Below are positions 62,710 through 64,000 of a stretch of DNA of 64,000 bases, piece after piece. The first letter of the stretch is position 1. The number at the start of each line of letters is the position of its first letter. Source of the DNA: Selaginella moellendorffii (lineage: Eukaryota; Plantae; Lycopodiophyta); the NCBI RefSeq assembly GCF_000143415.4, contig NW_003314339.1, forward strand, positions 737,751 to 801,750, given 5' to 3'. A program made the position numbers and the translations under genes. A model generated the notes under the pieces. It was given only the letters and a program-made list of their open reading frames with translations. It did no database searches and was not told the DNA's origin.

Positions 62710-64000
62710 TATTCCTTTACAAAGTTTCTAATGTATTTTATTTCAAGGTGAACAATCCGAATCTGAATCAGAGGAGGCTTGATATAGTGTGTGAGGTAAA
62801 ACAAAGATGATGTGACATATGCATTTACCAATCACACGTGCATAAATCTAATAATATGGCGTGTGGCCCATATTAATGGCACATAAACCCATATTGTGGG
62901 CTTACGTGCTTTATGTACCATCATTCCCTTGCAGCGTGTGTGTTGGTTTCCTTTTATAACACAACGAACTCCATATTTTAGGGTGAAGAGCGTTCTCATG
63001 GCAAGCACAAAATCTGTAAGTGAGGCAGAAAAGGAGACGGACAAGGAGATACGTGAAGATGTAGAATATATAAGTCTTCCAAACTCCCCGTACTATACTC
63101 CAGGTGATCATTTTTCTGAACAAACGGCAACATTAACAACTATCGAGAACGCCCCAGTAACGTCAGAGACAACAATCCAAAGCAAAACAACTGACCCGGA
63201 GAAGGATGATAGTACCGCTGAGAGTACCAAAAAGGAGGTGTCCACTAGCGCTTAGGCTTATAATGGCGTGTGCCCTCATGCCATTTACTTGATCACCAAA
63301 TACCTTTTTCCCTTTGCACTAGTAAATCTTAATACCGGTCTGAGAAATAGAATGGCATGTGCCCTCAGGCCTTTTACTAAATCACCTTTGAAAGAAATGC
63401 AAGCCTCTATGTCGTAAAAAAAAGGTACTAGAGAAATTCCTTAATAATATGAATGTTATTTAGTTTCATGAAAATACACTAAGGGTCAAATGAGTTAAAT
63501 GACTTCTCCAGACTAGCAATGCCTCTTGCTACACCTTCACAATTAGATTCGTTAGAAAAAGATAACATTGAATAATATCTAAATGTTCTCACCATTAAGT
63601 TATATGTCTGGCTAATAGGAATGATGTTCATCTTGGAAAGCTCACCACACGCTCAATGAACAAACAAATAGTGTGTGCGCGCATGCCATCGCTCTTCTTT
63701 AGCTTCAGATTCGGCTTGTTCACCTTGACAATTAGATTTATTATACAACTAGATGGACTCAGTCTGGACATAAGGTCACCGCGCTAGTCACCATGCCCCA
63801 GATATGTCTAGCCCCTGGACAAAAAACATATAATTTCACGTCATTTTCAAATACTTGAAAATTTGTACCTAGTCCCATTTTACTGAATAAATCCCACTTT
63901 AACGAAATAGAGCTTACTAGCCCTCCGAGGGAAGCTCGGAGGTAGCTGTGTTAAGATCCTTATTGACACGGGTGCTTCGGATAATTTTGTGGCTGCAGAC

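Larger units (their letters stand above)
49141..63915. mobile_element. Sola-like DNA transposon copy 3 (inverted relative to copies 1 and 2), TSD ACTA
   Basis: TIRs at 49141-49164 and 63892-63915; ACTA at 49137-49140 and 63916-63919; the empty site CATCT-ACTA-GCCC is visible at 29203-29215. Confidence 0.95.
46656..64000 (+). mobile_element. Chromovirus (family A) copy 2, interrupted by DNA transposon copy 3; runs off the window
   Basis: LTR 46656-47803, PBS 47807-47819, gag 47863-49140, protease resumes at 63916. Confidence 0.92.

Overview
This window is a nested pile of plant transposons with no host genes. TTTAGGG repeats, a chromovirus and ~50-nt introns suggest a land plant with compact introns, possibly a lycophyte such as Selaginella (inference). 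The main element is a ~13.2-kb cut-and-paste DNA transposon present in three copies (135-13339, 29330-42327, and inverted at 49141-63915). It has perfect 24-bp TIRs (AAGCTCTATTTCGTTAAAGTGGGA) and 4-bp TSDs, and carries two divergent genes. Gene 1 is a ~1020-aa Sola-like DDD transposase with extra N- and C-terminal beta-barrel-like domains. Gene 2 is an 11-exon, ~1637-aa cargo gene that I reconstructed by splicing; it fuses a ParB/DGQHR-like domain, a degenerate beta-class amino-methyltransferase-like fold, acidic/basic linkers and an FCP1/NIF-like HAD phosphatase domain. The element carries more than 20 copies of a fixed-spacing palindrome, ATGGCRTG-N6-CAYGCCAT, in introns, intergenic DNA and even coding sequence. 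All three copies abut the protease region of one Ty3/Gypsy chromovirus family, at two distinct sites 118 bp apart, which suggests target preference. The chromovirus has spliceosomal-type introns in its integrase and a tRNA T-arm-like structure in its 3' region. It is itself nested in a related non-coding (LARD-like) LTR family that left many solo LTRs with 5-bp TSDs. Domain assignments come from motif recognition only; no searches were run.
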